NCBI GenBank assembly: GCA_028687915.1 | Contig: JAQTZF010000001.1 | Location: forward strand, 418,634-482,633 | DNA length: 64,000 nt | Source of the DNA: Candidatus Daviesbacteria bacterium | Lineage (GTDB): Bacteria > Patescibacteriota > Microgenomatia > Daviesbacterales > UBA10151 | Reading direction: 5' to 3' | Shown here: in pieces, positions 46,554 to 56,450 of the stretch | How the letters are laid out: every line of letters begins with the position of its first letter | How positions within the stretch are numbered: position 1 is the stretch's first letter | Translations under genes and position numbers: made by a program | Notes under the pieces: generated by a model | What the model was told of the DNA's origin: nothing | Database searches by the model: none | The model's input: only the letters and a program-made list of their open reading frames with translations

Positions 46554-47945
46554 TTATTTAGGAAGTATTAAACCGATATTACCAGAGACAATGTCTAAAC
46601 TCCCGGCAGATAATGATTTTGGGATGACTGTAGTATAAATTGGGGGTTTTGCCTCAATTGTTTGTGGTATCTTACCATAATATTTAAATAGATAATCAAA
46701 CCCAAAATTCCAGCCGAGGTTGCTAATGTATGAAACATAAAACACCTGATTTTGTGGTTGTCTTTTGATGATTTCAGACACAATAAAGTCTTTATGGTAG
46801 AGACTCACTTTGCTGGGATTGTCCCACTCTTTTTGTAAAGAACTAAAGTTTACTATAGTTAAATAAATAAGGATTAGGCCAAGTAATGTTGTGGTGATAT
46901 AGTTTTTTTTCATAATCAGCAGGCTTAAACTTGCTCCAACATACAGAATTACCAAAACTCTTAGAGCTAGAAAATAATATTCTGTTACATTCTTTGGTAA
47001 TAGCAAACCATAATAAATTAAAAAAATAGCGATTACAAGAATAGAAACAGATGCGTGAAACTTATCCTTCCAGAACCCAACACGTTTCCAGACTAAGATA
47101 GAGAAGATGATTAATACAAGTAAACCAATATATTCTTTATGGGCGATATCTATTGTCAAAACACGGGATATCTCCTCAAGGTTAAATTGGGCCCAGTGGA
47201 TAAGATTAGCAATAGTTTTTGGTTCTCCTGATGGTTTCGTAAACAGATCAATGAAACGTTTAGCCTCTAGGAAGTTATGCAAAAATTGGAATATAAGTAA
47301 AGGAGAAATTGCAATAAAGAAGCCAATTACTGAAAGTAGTATATTTTTAAAACCTGGCCAGCTTCTTTTGGCAATAAGAAAGATTGGTACAACTAAATAA
47401 AAAGGCAGGTGAACTGGGTGCATGCTGGTGAATAGTCCAAGTATGATTGCGATTAATATGAGAGCTTTTTTTTGACCATGCCAATACTTATAGAATGCCC
47501 ACCATAACCAAATGACCAGCAGCTCGCTAATTGTTAAGGGGGCAGGGTTTAAATCATTGCTTATTTCTAAGTATGTTATTGTCCTGATAAATGCTGCAAC
47601 TAATCCTGCTTCCTTACTGATAAGCTCTTTTCCAACAAAAAAGTATGAAGCAATGATTAATAGCCCAAAAAAAACTGCCCCAATACTTCCACCTAAGGGG
47701 TGTAGGTTAGTTAATAAATAAAAAGGAGTTAATAGATAGAATCCAATTGGTCCCATAAAAAGACCTTCTACTGACAAACCTTGTCCAATAAACTGAATTG
47801 GATATTCATGAATAATACGGTAAGCAAAGTTAGCAGCCCATGCTTGATCATAATCAAAGGGAGCCATCTCGGGTAATCGATAGAGTCTTAAAAATGCTGC
47901 CAGTAGCAATATTAATATTAATATAAGGTAGCTTCGGTATTTCAC
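46554..47945 (-). CDS. Polytopic membrane GT-C-like glycosyltransferase, paralog family A, the only minus-strand gene in the 24-64 kb cluster
   Basis: 463 aa. FDYDQAWAANFAYRIIHEYPIQFIGQGLSVEGLFMGPIGFY is the family A motif. It is convergent with the 44831 gene, with a 4-nt gap. Confidence 0.55.
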   Translation of the reverse strand: MKYRSYLILILILLLAAFLRLYRLPEMAPFDYDQAWAANFAYRIIHEYPIQFIGQGLSVEGLFMGPIGFYLLTPFYLLTNLHPLGGSIGAVFFGLLIIASYFFVGKELISKEAGLVAAFIRTITYLEISNDLNPAPLTISELLVIWLWWAFYKYWHGQKKALILIAIILGLFTSMHPVHLPFYLVVPIFLIAKRSWPGFKNILLSVIGFFIAISPLLIFQFLHNFLEAKRFIDLFTKPSGEPKTIANLIHWAQFNLEEISRVLTIDIAHKEYIGLLVLIIFSILVWKRVGFWKDKFHASVSILVIAIFLIYYGLLLPKNVTEYYFLALRVLVILYVGASLSLLIMKKNYITTTLLGLILIYLTIVNFSSLQKEWDNPSKVSLYHKDFIVSEIIKRQPQNQVFYVSYISNLGWNFGFDYLFKYYGKIPQTIEAKPPIYTTVIPKSLSAGSLDIVSGNIGLILPK

Positions 47946-48005
47946 TAACTTAAATTATATATTTTTTTCTTGAGCAAAGACAATTATTAATATGTTATAT
48001 TTAAT

Positions 48006-48011
48006 TATAAT
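48006..48011 (+). promoter_or_regulatory. TATAAT -10 hexamer 7 nt upstream of ATG 48019 (leaderless-type)
   Basis: The sequence is aatTATAATttaatatATG in the 73-bp divergent gap. Confidence 0.25.
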
Positions 48012-48018
48012 TTAATAT

Positions 48019-49419
48019 ATGTTTAAATTTTCTTTATTTAAGGTGAAGTTTTTATCAAGTCCTTTAACGAAGACTTGTTTGTGTATAGTAGTCGGGTTGC
48101 TCATTGCTTTGTTGGGGTATCAGATAAGACTCCATCAGTTTAGAGATTTTCCTCCTCTTGGGGATACATTTGATGAGGTAAAAGCTCCTTTTAATGGAAT
48201 TAACCTAATCCAAAAAGGCATTCCTATTTCCTGGTCTTGGTATGATGAATATGGTGAGTTCCCAGTTCAAAAAATTAGAGGAACTGATTTTAGGCTTGTT
48301 CAACCCTGGTTTGACGAACCACCTCTCTTTTCTCTTGTTGCCGGTGCTTATAGTATATCAAAGGGGATGGATACTGAAGAAAAAGTTGATGCTGGAGTTT
48401 TAAGATATCCAATGGTAAAACTTGCAGCATTCAATATTTTTGCATTGTTTTTAATAATATTAATTTTACGAAACTTCATAGAAGCATCACTGGCATCTTT
48501 AATTTATGCTACTGAACCCACAATGGTATTTGGATCAAGGTTACCAGTTTCTGATAATTTCTTAGTCAGTATAATTTTAATTACTTTATTGTTTCTGATT
48601 TTTTATCTGAAAAAACAAAAATGGTATTTATTAGGTGTTTTGGCAATTCTTTCATCATCAGGGCTGTTAATTAAATCTACTGGAATATTTATACCAATGG
48701 CAATTATTTTTCTACTGGGTGCTCATAGAAAATTTAAGCAGGCTCTATTAGTTGCGGGTTTTATGTTTATTGCTTTTGGAGGATGGTTATATTATGGCTA
48801 CTATTATAATTGGGACGTTTTTAGCAAGATTTTTGTAGTTTCAAGTGGGAGAGAGCTTTTTAAGCCGGATATCATAATTCATTTATTCGATACCTTTAGG
48901 ATAGGAGAAAAATCAATGAATTATGATGGTTGGTTAATGTGGGGCTGGATTTCAGTAGTAGCATACTCATTTATAAACAGAGATTCCCATAAAAGTATAC
49001 TAAGCAGGATTACCTTACCTGTGGTTGTTGGTTCTTATTTAGTATTTTTTTCGATTATGTCTGGACATGCAAAAGGTTGGTATCGGTTTCCTTTTTTCCC
49101 TTTCTTATCCTGGGCCTCAGCAGCTTTTTTTATTGAGATAGTTAAAAATCCAAGGTTCCTTTTTACGTTTTTCTTTATCACGATACCGGTTTTTTCAAGT
49201 TATATTTACGGTAATGGTGTTAAAAGATGGAGTAACATGGAGATAAAGATTTATCAGCTAGTATTTGTATTATTAATGTCACTGCCTATGTTATATGAAT
49301 TATTTCAAAATAAATACTTTAAAATGGCTGTTCAAGTAATTTTAATAAGCGCATTTATTATAGCGATTATTTTTAATATTAGAACAATTTACTCTTTCCA
49401 AGATCACTTTTGGTATTAG
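48019..49419 (+). CDS. Polytopic membrane protein, GT-C-like, hypothetical
   Basis: 466 aa with ~12 TM. It has a distinct family signature. Confidence 0.45.
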   Translation: MFKFSLFKVKFLSSPLTKTCLCIVVGLLIALLGYQIRLHQFRDFPPLGDTFDEVKAPFNGINLIQKGIPISWSWYDEYGEFPVQKIRGTDFRLVQPWFDEPPLFSLVAGAYSISKGMDTEEKVDAGVLRYPMVKLAAFNIFALFLIILILRNFIEASLASLIYATEPTMVFGSRLPVSDNFLVSIILITLLFLIFYLKKQKWYLLGVLAILSSSGLLIKSTGIFIPMAIIFLLGAHRKFKQALLVAGFMFIAFGGWLYYGYYYNWDVFSKIFVVSSGRELFKPDIIIHLFDTFRIGEKSMNYDGWLMWGWISVVAYSFINRDSHKSILSRITLPVVVGSYLVFFSIMSGHAKGWYRFPFFPFLSWASAAFFIEIVKNPRFLFTFFFITIPVFSSYIYGNGVKRWSNMEIKIYQLVFVLLMSLPMLYELFQNKYFKMAVQVILISAFIIAIIFNIRTIYSFQDHFWY

Positions 49420-49488
49420 GACTCTTTTTTCTCTCCTAGTTTAAACTTACATTTTACTTACATATAATCAGCTGGTAAGATTAATTAG

Positions 49489-50388
49489 ATGGATACTAAA
49501 ATTTCTGTTGTAATAAATACTTTTAATGAGGCAGAGAATATTGCCAGAGCATTAAAGTCTGTAGAATGGGCGGATGAAGTGGTTGTTTGTGATATGTCGT
49601 CTTCTGATAAAACTGCTGAGATTGCTAAAAAAATGGGTGCAAAAGTTGTCTTGCATAAAGCTCAAAAGTATGTTGAATTAGCCAGGAATTTTAATATTTC
49701 TCAAGCCTCTCATAATTGGGTTTTAATTTTGGATCCTGACGAAGAAGTTCCAGAAGGTTTAGTTAAGAGATTAAAGGAAGTTATAGCTATGGAAGAAATT
49801 TCATATGTTGAAATCCCTCGAAAAAATATTATTTTTGGTAAATGGATGAAGAATGCAATGTGGTGGCCTGATTATAATATTAGATTATTTAAAAAAGGTG
49901 CTGTTGTATGGAGCGAAGAGATCCACAGGCCACCCAAAACAGAAGGTAAAAGTTTTCAAATTGAAGAAATAGAAAATTTGGCAATTATACACCACCATTA
50001 CGAGTCAATCTCACAATTTATTTTAAGAATGGACCGTTATACTACAGCTCAGGCTGACGATCTTACTATCAAGGGATATAAATTTAATTGGACAGATCTA
50101 GTCCAAAAGCCATTACAGGAATTTTTAAGCAGATACTTTGCAAGTCGAGGATTTGAGGATGGATTGCATGGATTGGCTTTAAGTTTTTTACAAGCGTTTT
50201 CTTTTCTAATAATGTATCTGAAAGTTTGGGAAAAGGAAAAATTTGAAAGTAAAGATTTGCCCTATAAAGAAGTTGTTATAGAAGGCAAGAAAGCTGGTAA
50301 GGAAATTTCATATTGGTTTAAATATGCTAATCTCTCGAAAAATAAATTCTACTCAGTATTACAACGCCTTAAAAATAAACTTAGCTAA
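49489..50388 (+). CDS. GT2 glycosyltransferase (paralog of the 53771 gene)
   Basis: 299 aa. ISVVINTFNEAENIARALKSVEWADEVVVCDMSSSDKTAEIAKKMGAKV aligns with ISAIVLTRNEEDRINSCLESIKWVDEIIVVDSNSQDKTVEMAEKLGAKV. DPDE is the DXD motif. Confidence 0.7.
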   Translation: MDTKISVVINTFNEAENIARALKSVEWADEVVVCDMSSSDKTAEIAKKMGAKVVLHKAQKYVELARNFNISQASHNWVLILDPDEEVPEGLVKRLKEVIAMEEISYVEIPRKNIIFGKWMKNAMWWPDYNIRLFKKGAVVWSEEIHRPPKTEGKSFQIEEIENLAIIHHHYESISQFILRMDRYTTAQADDLTIKGYKFNWTDLVQKPLQEFLSRYFASRGFEDGLHGLALSFLQAFSFLIMYLKVWEKEKFESKDLPYKEVVIEGKKAGKEISYWFKYANLSKNKFYSVLQRLKNKLS

Positions 50389-50402
50389 AATCATGAAACA
50401 TT

Positions 50403-52796
50403 ATGAAACCCTTAATATACTTCTTAGATAAATCCTGGCCACTCTTTTTAATTCTGCTATTTGTTTTAGCTGTTTTTCGGGATTTTTTTATTAAAGGGTT
50501 ACTGCCTATTCCTATGGATATTTTAGTAGGTACATATTTTCCCTGGTTAGATAGTAAATGGGGTTATATAGTAGGTGTTTCTTTACATAACCCTCTTCCT
50601 TCGGACATTATTTCAATAATTTACCCTTGGCGTATCTTGGGAATGGAAATGATAAAAAATGGAATATTGCCTCTCTGGGATTCGAACTCCCTATTGGGGC
50701 TTCCTTTATTAGCTAATTTTCAAGCTGCGCTGTTAAATCCGCTAAACCTTTTATTCTTTCTGCTACCTTCATCATATGCATGGAGCATCCAGGTAATATT
50801 GCAACCTGTACTAATCAGTATTTTTACATACATTTTTCTTAGGAATATTAAGTTAAATAAGCCAGCTGCTTTGTTTGGGGCGTTATCTTTTGCTTATTGT
50901 GGATTTTCTGTTGTTTGGCTGGAATACAACACTATTGGATTTACTTTGGCCTTTTTTCCACTAATCTTATTTTTTATTGATAAAATACTGCAAACTAGAA
51001 AAATACTTTTTATCTTTTTGCTTGGTTTATCAGTAGCGCTTCAAATTTTTTCTGGTTATCCACAGGTTAGTATTATATCTTTACTGTTTGCTGCTTTGTA
51101 CCTTTTATATAAACTAGTTCTTGAGGGTAAGTATTTATTTACAAAGGTTATGTATTGTGTAATTGGATTTGTTACGGGGATACTCTTGGCAGCTGTACAA
51201 TTGCTTCCAGGAATAGAAGCGTTAAACTTATCAATTCGCTCCTATGACAGTACTGCTTTGGCTGGGGGTATTCAATTTCTACCAATCCAGCATTTTGTGA
51301 CTTTATTTGTTCCTGATTTTTTTGGAAACCCCGCAACCGGGAACTATTGGAGTGTTGGTAGTTATGATAACTTTGCTTTTTCCCTGCCAGCCGTTACGTT
51401 GTTTTTTGCAGTTATGGCGGTTATTTCAAGATCGTCTTTTACTAAAGCTAATAGCATTTTTTATTTTTTAATCATCTTAAGTTTTATACTTTCAACTAAT
51501 AACCCAATAAGCAATTATTTAATAATAGACCAAAATATATTAGGTTTACGTTCATCTGTAGCTGTAAGAATTCTTTTTGTTTTTGATTTTGCTGTGATTG
51601 TGCTTGCTGCTAGACAGTTAGATGAGGTTCTTAATAGAAGAAAATTTAAATTAGTACCAGGAATTATTCCTTTGTTGGTTTTTATTATAGTTCTTGGGAT
51701 TATTTTATTAGTTACTAAATCAACTTATCAACAAATAGCTTTACGTAATTTTATTTTACCCTTTACAATAACTATAGCCACATTTTTATCTTGTACGTTT
51801 TTGTTAAGATGGTCTGTGAGGTACTTTTTAGGAGCAGTTTATTTGCTTTTATTATTTGGGGTTTTAGTGGTGACTGGTAAGTATCTTACCTTTACTCCTT
51901 TAAAAATTTTTTATCCACCAATGGATGCTATAACTATCTTGCAGGACAATATTAAGTATCATCGGTTTGATAAAGAGCGAGGAGAGATATTGCCTTCAAA
52001 TACCTGGTATCCCTATGCCTTAAAAGCAGCTTCTGGTCAAAACCCACTGGTCCCCCTTTCTACCGCAAAATATATGGGAATTATAAAGAAAGAAAAACCT
52101 GGCCAATATTCAAGGTATATTGATTTATCAGATCCTAATTCCCTGTTGTATGATACTTTGGATATTAAGTACATTGCAGTTCTAAATAGAAATGTACCCT
52201 TGGCTTACCCAGATGAAAAAGGTGAACCATTTGGGAAATTTTTGACCCCTAAGTTAAAAGAATTTAAGAATATCAACACAGTTCGAATTATGGAGAATAC
52301 TACAAATTTAGGGTTGGCATGGTTTGCCCAGAGCAGTAGATGTGGATTTTCTGAAAATGAAGTTTTTGATGAACTTACAAAAATATCGTATGATCCTAAA
52401 AAATTAATGCTGATTAATTGTCTAAGTTCGGAGTCTCTTTCTTTTAAGAATGGCGATAATATTATTGGTGTTGTGGATGTGATACGTGAGTCACCTCTTT
52501 TAACACAGTTAAAAGTTGTTACCCCAGAGGCAAATTTTCTAAATATTTCAAAAGCTTTTTATCCTGGATGGAAAGCTTTTGTTGATGGAAAAGAGGTGTC
52601 CTTATATTCTGCAAATATTGCTTTAACAGCATTGCTGGTTCCTGCTGGAGAACATTTGGTAGAGTTAAAATATCAACCAGTAAGTTTTTTCTTTGGACTA
52701 AAGATTTCCCTTGCTACTCTTGGTATGTGGGTTCTTGTACTGGTAGGTAAGCTTACATTTTCAACTAGAACTATAATCAGGAAAAGCATCAATTAG
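50403..52796 (+). CDS. YfhO-like large membrane protein (putative polyprenyl-phosphate-sugar-dependent glycosyltransferase of the YfhO family)
   Basis: 797 aa. It has many N-terminal TMs, a large C-terminal extracytoplasmic domain and a final TM. The N-terminal region WDSNSLLGLPLLANFQAALLNPLNLLFF resembles the conserved YfhO motif. Confidence 0.5.
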   Translation: MKPLIYFLDKSWPLFLILLFVLAVFRDFFIKGLLPIPMDILVGTYFPWLDSKWGYIVGVSLHNPLPSDIISIIYPWRILGMEMIKNGILPLWDSNSLLGLPLLANFQAALLNPLNLLFFLLPSSYAWSIQVILQPVLISIFTYIFLRNIKLNKPAALFGALSFAYCGFSVVWLEYNTIGFTLAFFPLILFFIDKILQTRKILFIFLLGLSVALQIFSGYPQVSIISLLFAALYLLYKLVLEGKYLFTKVMYCVIGFVTGILLAAVQLLPGIEALNLSIRSYDSTALAGGIQFLPIQHFVTLFVPDFFGNPATGNYWSVGSYDNFAFSLPAVTLFFAVMAVISRSSFTKANSIFYFLIILSFILSTNNPISNYLIIDQNILGLRSSVAVRILFVFDFAVIVLAARQLDEVLNRRKFKLVPGIIPLLVFIIVLGIILLVTKSTYQQIALRNFILPFTITIATFLSCTFLLRWSVRYFLGAVYLLLLFGVLVVTGKYLTFTPLKIFYPPMDAITILQDNIKYHRFDKERGEILPSNTWYPYALKAASGQNPLVPLSTAKYMGIIKKEKPGQYSRYIDLSDPNSLLYDTLDIKYIAVLNRNVPLAYPDEKGEPFGKFLTPKLKEFKNINTVRIMENTTNLGLAWFAQSSRCGFSENEVFDELTKISYDPKKLMLINCLSSESLSFKNGDNIIGVVDVIRESPLLTQLKVVTPEANFLNISKAFYPGWKAFVDGKEVSLYSANIALTALLVPAGEHLVELKYQPVSFFFGLKISLATLGMWVLVLVGKLTFSTRTIIRKSIN

Positions 52797-52873
52797 CCTA
52801 ACGGACGTGATAGTTACTAATTTATAAAGATTTTTACTCAATAAATAGATACAAAGAGAGATCTGATTTAAGG

Positions 52874-52879
52874 TATAAT
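52874..52879 (+). promoter_or_regulatory. TATAAT -10 hexamer in the 126-bp gap upstream of the 52923 GT2 gene
   Basis: The sequence is aagGTATAATtag, with ATG 43 nt downstream and AGGAAG 16 nt before the start. Confidence 0.25.
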
Positions 52880-52922
52880 TAGAAAGTAGTTTTTATATAG
52901 GAAGATAAGAAACAATAAAATA

Positions 52923-53774
52923 ATGAAAAAAGTTTCAGTGGTTATCCTAAATTATAAAGTTAAAGAAGAAACACTTCGGTGCATTCTTTCGCTAAAAAAG
53001 TCAGATTACCAGAATATTGAACTTATTACGGTGGACAATAATTCAGGGGATGGGATAGAAGAAGAAGTTAAGAAAATGGAAGGAGTCACTTTTATTCAAA
53101 CACATTCAAATTTAGGGTATACTGGAGGTAATAATATTGGAATTAAGAAAGCCTTAGAAGGTAAAGCTGATTTTGTATTTATATTAAATCCTGATACTGA
53201 GGTTGAAAAAGATGTTATAAGTAGCCTTGTTAATGTAGCTGAAGCAACACAAGCTGGAATAATAGGACCAAAAATTTTATTTAGTAATAAAAAAACAATT
53301 TGGTATGCGGGTGGTATTATGGATCTTGCTAATGTATTAGGAAAACACAGAGGTGTAGATCTAAAAGATGAAGGGCAATATAACAATATAGAAGAAACTG
53401 AATTTGTAACTGGTGGGGCAATGTTTGTAAGACGTGATGTTTTTGAAAAAGTTGGATTGTTTGATGAAAAATATTTTATGTACTTAGAAGATAGTGATTT
53501 ATGTTTTAGGGCAAAAAAGATGGGATTTAAAATTTTATACAACCCAAAAGCTGTGATTTATCATGAAAATGCTAAATCTGCAGGTTTAGGTTCATCTTTA
53601 CAAGATTATTTTATTACAAGAAATAGAATGTTATTTGCCGCGAAATTTTTGTCATTTAGGACTAAGTTTGCCTTATTTAGAGAAGCTCTGAGACATATTA
53701 CAAATCCTGTTAGAAGATTAGCGTTCTATGATTTTTTAACCGGTAATTTCGGAAAAGGAAGTTTTTTAAAATGA
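52923..53774 (+). CDS. GT2 glycosyltransferase (WbbL/rhamnosyltransferase-like)
   Basis: 283 aa. VSVVILNYKVKEETLRCILSL...VDNNSGDG, DXD NPDTEV and the FDEKYFMYLEDSDLCFRAKKMGFKI motif are present. Confidence 0.75.
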   Translation: MKKVSVVILNYKVKEETLRCILSLKKSDYQNIELITVDNNSGDGIEEEVKKMEGVTFIQTHSNLGYTGGNNIGIKKALEGKADFVFILNPDTEVEKDVISSLVNVAEATQAGIIGPKILFSNKKTIWYAGGIMDLANVLGKHRGVDLKDEGQYNNIEETEFVTGGAMFVRRDVFEKVGLFDEKYFMYLEDSDLCFRAKKMGFKILYNPKAVIYHENAKSAGLGSSLQDYFITRNRMLFAAKFLSFRTKFALFREALRHITNPVRRLAFYDFLTGNFGKGSFLK

Positions 53775-54574
53775 TATCAGCAATAGTTTTAACCAGAAAT
53801 GAAGAGGATAGAATAAATTCTTGTCTTGAATCTATTAAATGGGTTGATGAAATTATCGTAGTTGATTCAAACAGTCAGGATAAAACTGTAGAAATGGCAG
53901 AAAAATTAGGGGCAAAAGTATATAAGCGTGAATTTGATAATTATGTAAATCAAAAAGAATGGGCTTTTTCAAAAACATCTGGGGATTGGGTTATATATGT
54001 AGATGCTGACGAAAGAGTTTTAGAACTACTGAAACAAGAGATTCTGGATTTGATTTCAAAGGATGAATATTCTGCTTATGCAATTTCCCGAAGAAATATT
54101 ATTTTTGGACAAGAAGAAAAGTATGGACCTTTTTGGCCTGATTGGGTTATTAGATTAATCAAAAGAGATAATTTTATTAAGTGGGTTGGTGAAGTTCATG
54201 AACACATGGAATTTAAGGGGAAATTAGGCTACACCAAAAATTCATTATTACATTTAACTCACAGGGATGTGGAACATGTAATTTTAAAAAACTTACAATG
54301 GTCAAAAATAGATGCTGTGTTACGTCTAAAGGCCAATCATCCTAAAATGAGCAGCTGGAGATTTTTAAGAATTTTATTTTCTGAATTATTTAATCAGGGT
54401 ATTATCAGACGTGGGTTTTTTTCCGGTACTGTTGGAACAATTGATGCAATACTTCAAACATTCAGCATGGTTACAACTTATATTAGGCTTTGGGAGGATC
54501 AACAGCCAAAACCTTTGGAAGAAGTTTATAAAGAAATTGATCAAAAATTAATTAATGATAATTTTAAATATTAA
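53771..54574 (+). CDS. GT2 glycosyltransferase (paralog of the 49489 gene)
   Basis: 267 aa. It has the GT-A N-terminus and DXD VDADE. There is a 4-nt overlap with the upstream gene. Confidence 0.7.
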   Translation: MISAIVLTRNEEDRINSCLESIKWVDEIIVVDSNSQDKTVEMAEKLGAKVYKREFDNYVNQKEWAFSKTSGDWVIYVDADERVLELLKQEILDLISKDEYSAYAISRRNIIFGQEEKYGPFWPDWVIRLIKRDNFIKWVGEVHEHMEFKGKLGYTKNSLLHLTHRDVEHVILKNLQWSKIDAVLRLKANHPKMSSWRFLRILFSELFNQGIIRRGFFSGTVGTIDAILQTFSMVTTYIRLWEDQQPKPLEEVYKEIDQKLINDNFKY

Positions 54575-55657
54575 ATGAGAGTTGCCATTTATAGTCCCTA
54601 TTTGGATAGTTTCGGAGGTGGAGAACGCTATATATTAACTGTAGCTGAATTATTATCCTCTAATAATCAAGTTGATTTGTTATTAGACAGTCATCTGCAG
54701 TTATTAATTACTGAAGATATGAAGAATGATTTAGGTAAAAGATTTAATTTAAATCTATCTGAAGTAAAGCTAGTTAAAGCACCTTTAGGTAGAGGAAAAG
54801 GCTTTTTAAGTAAATTCTTTTTTTTAAGAAAATATGATTTAGTTTTCTTTTTAACTGACGGAAGCATTTTTTACTCAACTGCTAAAAGAAATATTATTCA
54901 TTTTCAAGTTCCCTTTAAAAACACTGTTGCAAGGAGTTTATGGGGAAGAATAAAATTATCAAGTTGGAATCTGGCTGTTTGTAATTCTAAGTTTACTCAA
55001 AGTGTAATTGAAAAAGACTGGCCAATTAAATCTCAGGTGATATATCCACCTGTGGATGTAGAAGCAATTAAGCCTTTAAATAAAAAGAAGCAAATATTAT
55101 CTGTTGGAAGATTTGCTTCTTTTTCCAAATTAAAGAAGCATGAAATGATGATTAAGGCCTTTAAAGAGCTTCATCAGGAGAAAAAAATATCTGGTTGGAG
55201 CTTACATCTGGTTGGATCAATTGAAGGAGATAATGGTTATATAGAAGAACTAAAAGAATTGGCAAAAGGTTTACCAATTAAGTTTTATCCAAATTTATCT
55301 TTTACAGGTTTAGTAAAACTTTATGGTGAATCCAGTATTTATTGGCACGCAGCTGGATTTGGAGAGGATAATCCGGCATTGATGGAGCATTTTGGTATTG
55401 CAACAGTGGAAGCTATGGCTGGAGGTTGTGTGCCTATTGTTATTAATAGTGGTGGTCAAGTAGAAATTGTGGAGAATGAATTATCGGGTTATTTATGGAA
55501 TCAAATTAATGAACTAAAAGGCTTTACAACTACTCTTGTAAAAGATAATTCTTTATTGGTTAAATTATCAGCTAATGCTGTAAAGCGAAGTAAGGTATTT
55601 TCTAAAAAGTTCTTTCAAGATAATTTACTTAAATTAGTAAAATCATTAGATGAATAG
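54575..55657 (+). CDS. GT4 (GT-B fold) glycosyltransferase
   Basis: 360 aa. The C-terminal EHFGIATVEAMAGGCVPIV is the GT4 EX7E-type nucleotide-sugar binding motif. The N-terminus MRVAIYSPYLDSFGGGERY is also typical. Confidence 0.75.
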   Translation: MRVAIYSPYLDSFGGGERYILTVAELLSSNNQVDLLLDSHLQLLITEDMKNDLGKRFNLNLSEVKLVKAPLGRGKGFLSKFFFLRKYDLVFFLTDGSIFYSTAKRNIIHFQVPFKNTVARSLWGRIKLSSWNLAVCNSKFTQSVIEKDWPIKSQVIYPPVDVEAIKPLNKKKQILSVGRFASFSKLKKHEMMIKAFKELHQEKKISGWSLHLVGSIEGDNGYIEELKELAKGLPIKFYPNLSFTGLVKLYGESSIYWHAAGFGEDNPALMEHFGIATVEAMAGGCVPIVINSGGQVEIVENELSGYLWNQINELKGFTTTLVKDNSLLVKLSANAVKRSKVFSKKFFQDNLLKLVKSLDE

Positions 55658-56450
55658 AATTAGCATTATTATTGTCACTTTCAATAGTGCTAAAACTATT
55701 AAAGCTTGTGTTGATTCGATAAATAAGTTTGTAACAGATAGTGAAATAATAATCGTAGATAATAATTCACAGGATGATACTTGTAAGATTATCCAGGGTT
55801 TTGGGGATAAAGTTAAACTGATTCAGCCAGGTGGTAATTTAGGTTTTGCAAAAGCAAACAATTTAGGTATTAAGTCTGCATTAGGTGAGTATATAATCTT
55901 CTTAAATCCTGATACCAGAATAATGGAGAAAGATTCTTTGGAGAAGTTGGTTGCAACATTAGAAGATAATACTGAATATGGGATTATTGGACCAAAACTA
56001 GTTTATCCAGATGGTTCTTTACAATCACGAACACGTAACTTGCCAACAGTATTAAGAGCCTTTCAAGAATATATTTTAAATAAAAAAGGATCATATGATT
56101 TTTATACTCCAGTTTGTAAAACACTTTGTGAGGTTGAAAGTGTTATTGGAGCTTGTATTGTTATTAAGAAAAAATTATTTCAAAAAGTCGGAGGTTTTGA
56201 TGAAAAATATTTTATGTATTTTGAAGACCTTGAATTATGCAGAAATGTGAGACTCTCAGGCTTAAAAGTAGGTTACTTACCAGAGGTTAAAATAGAACAT
56301 GCAGAGGGAAAATCCGGAGTAAATCAAAAAACATCAAATATGCTTCATAATTCTGCAAAGTTATATCATGGTTTTGTGAAGTACTATCTTATTGAGGCGA
56401 TGCTAATAGCAATAAGGGTTAGAAATAAGATTAAAAATATTTTAACTTAA
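55650..56450 (+). CDS. GT2 glycosyltransferase (rhamnosyltransferase-like)
   Basis: 266 aa. ISIIIVTFNSAKTIKACVDS, VDNNSQDDT, DXD NPDTRI and FDEKYFMYFEDLELCRN are present. Confidence 0.75.
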   Translation: MNRISIIIVTFNSAKTIKACVDSINKFVTDSEIIIVDNNSQDDTCKIIQGFGDKVKLIQPGGNLGFAKANNLGIKSALGEYIIFLNPDTRIMEKDSLEKLVATLEDNTEYGIIGPKLVYPDGSLQSRTRNLPTVLRAFQEYILNKKGSYDFYTPVCKTLCEVESVIGACIVIKKKLFQKVGGFDEKYFMYFEDLELCRNVRLSGLKVGYLPEVKIEHAEGKSGVNQKTSNMLHNSAKLYHGFVKYYLIEAMLIAIRVRNKIKNILT

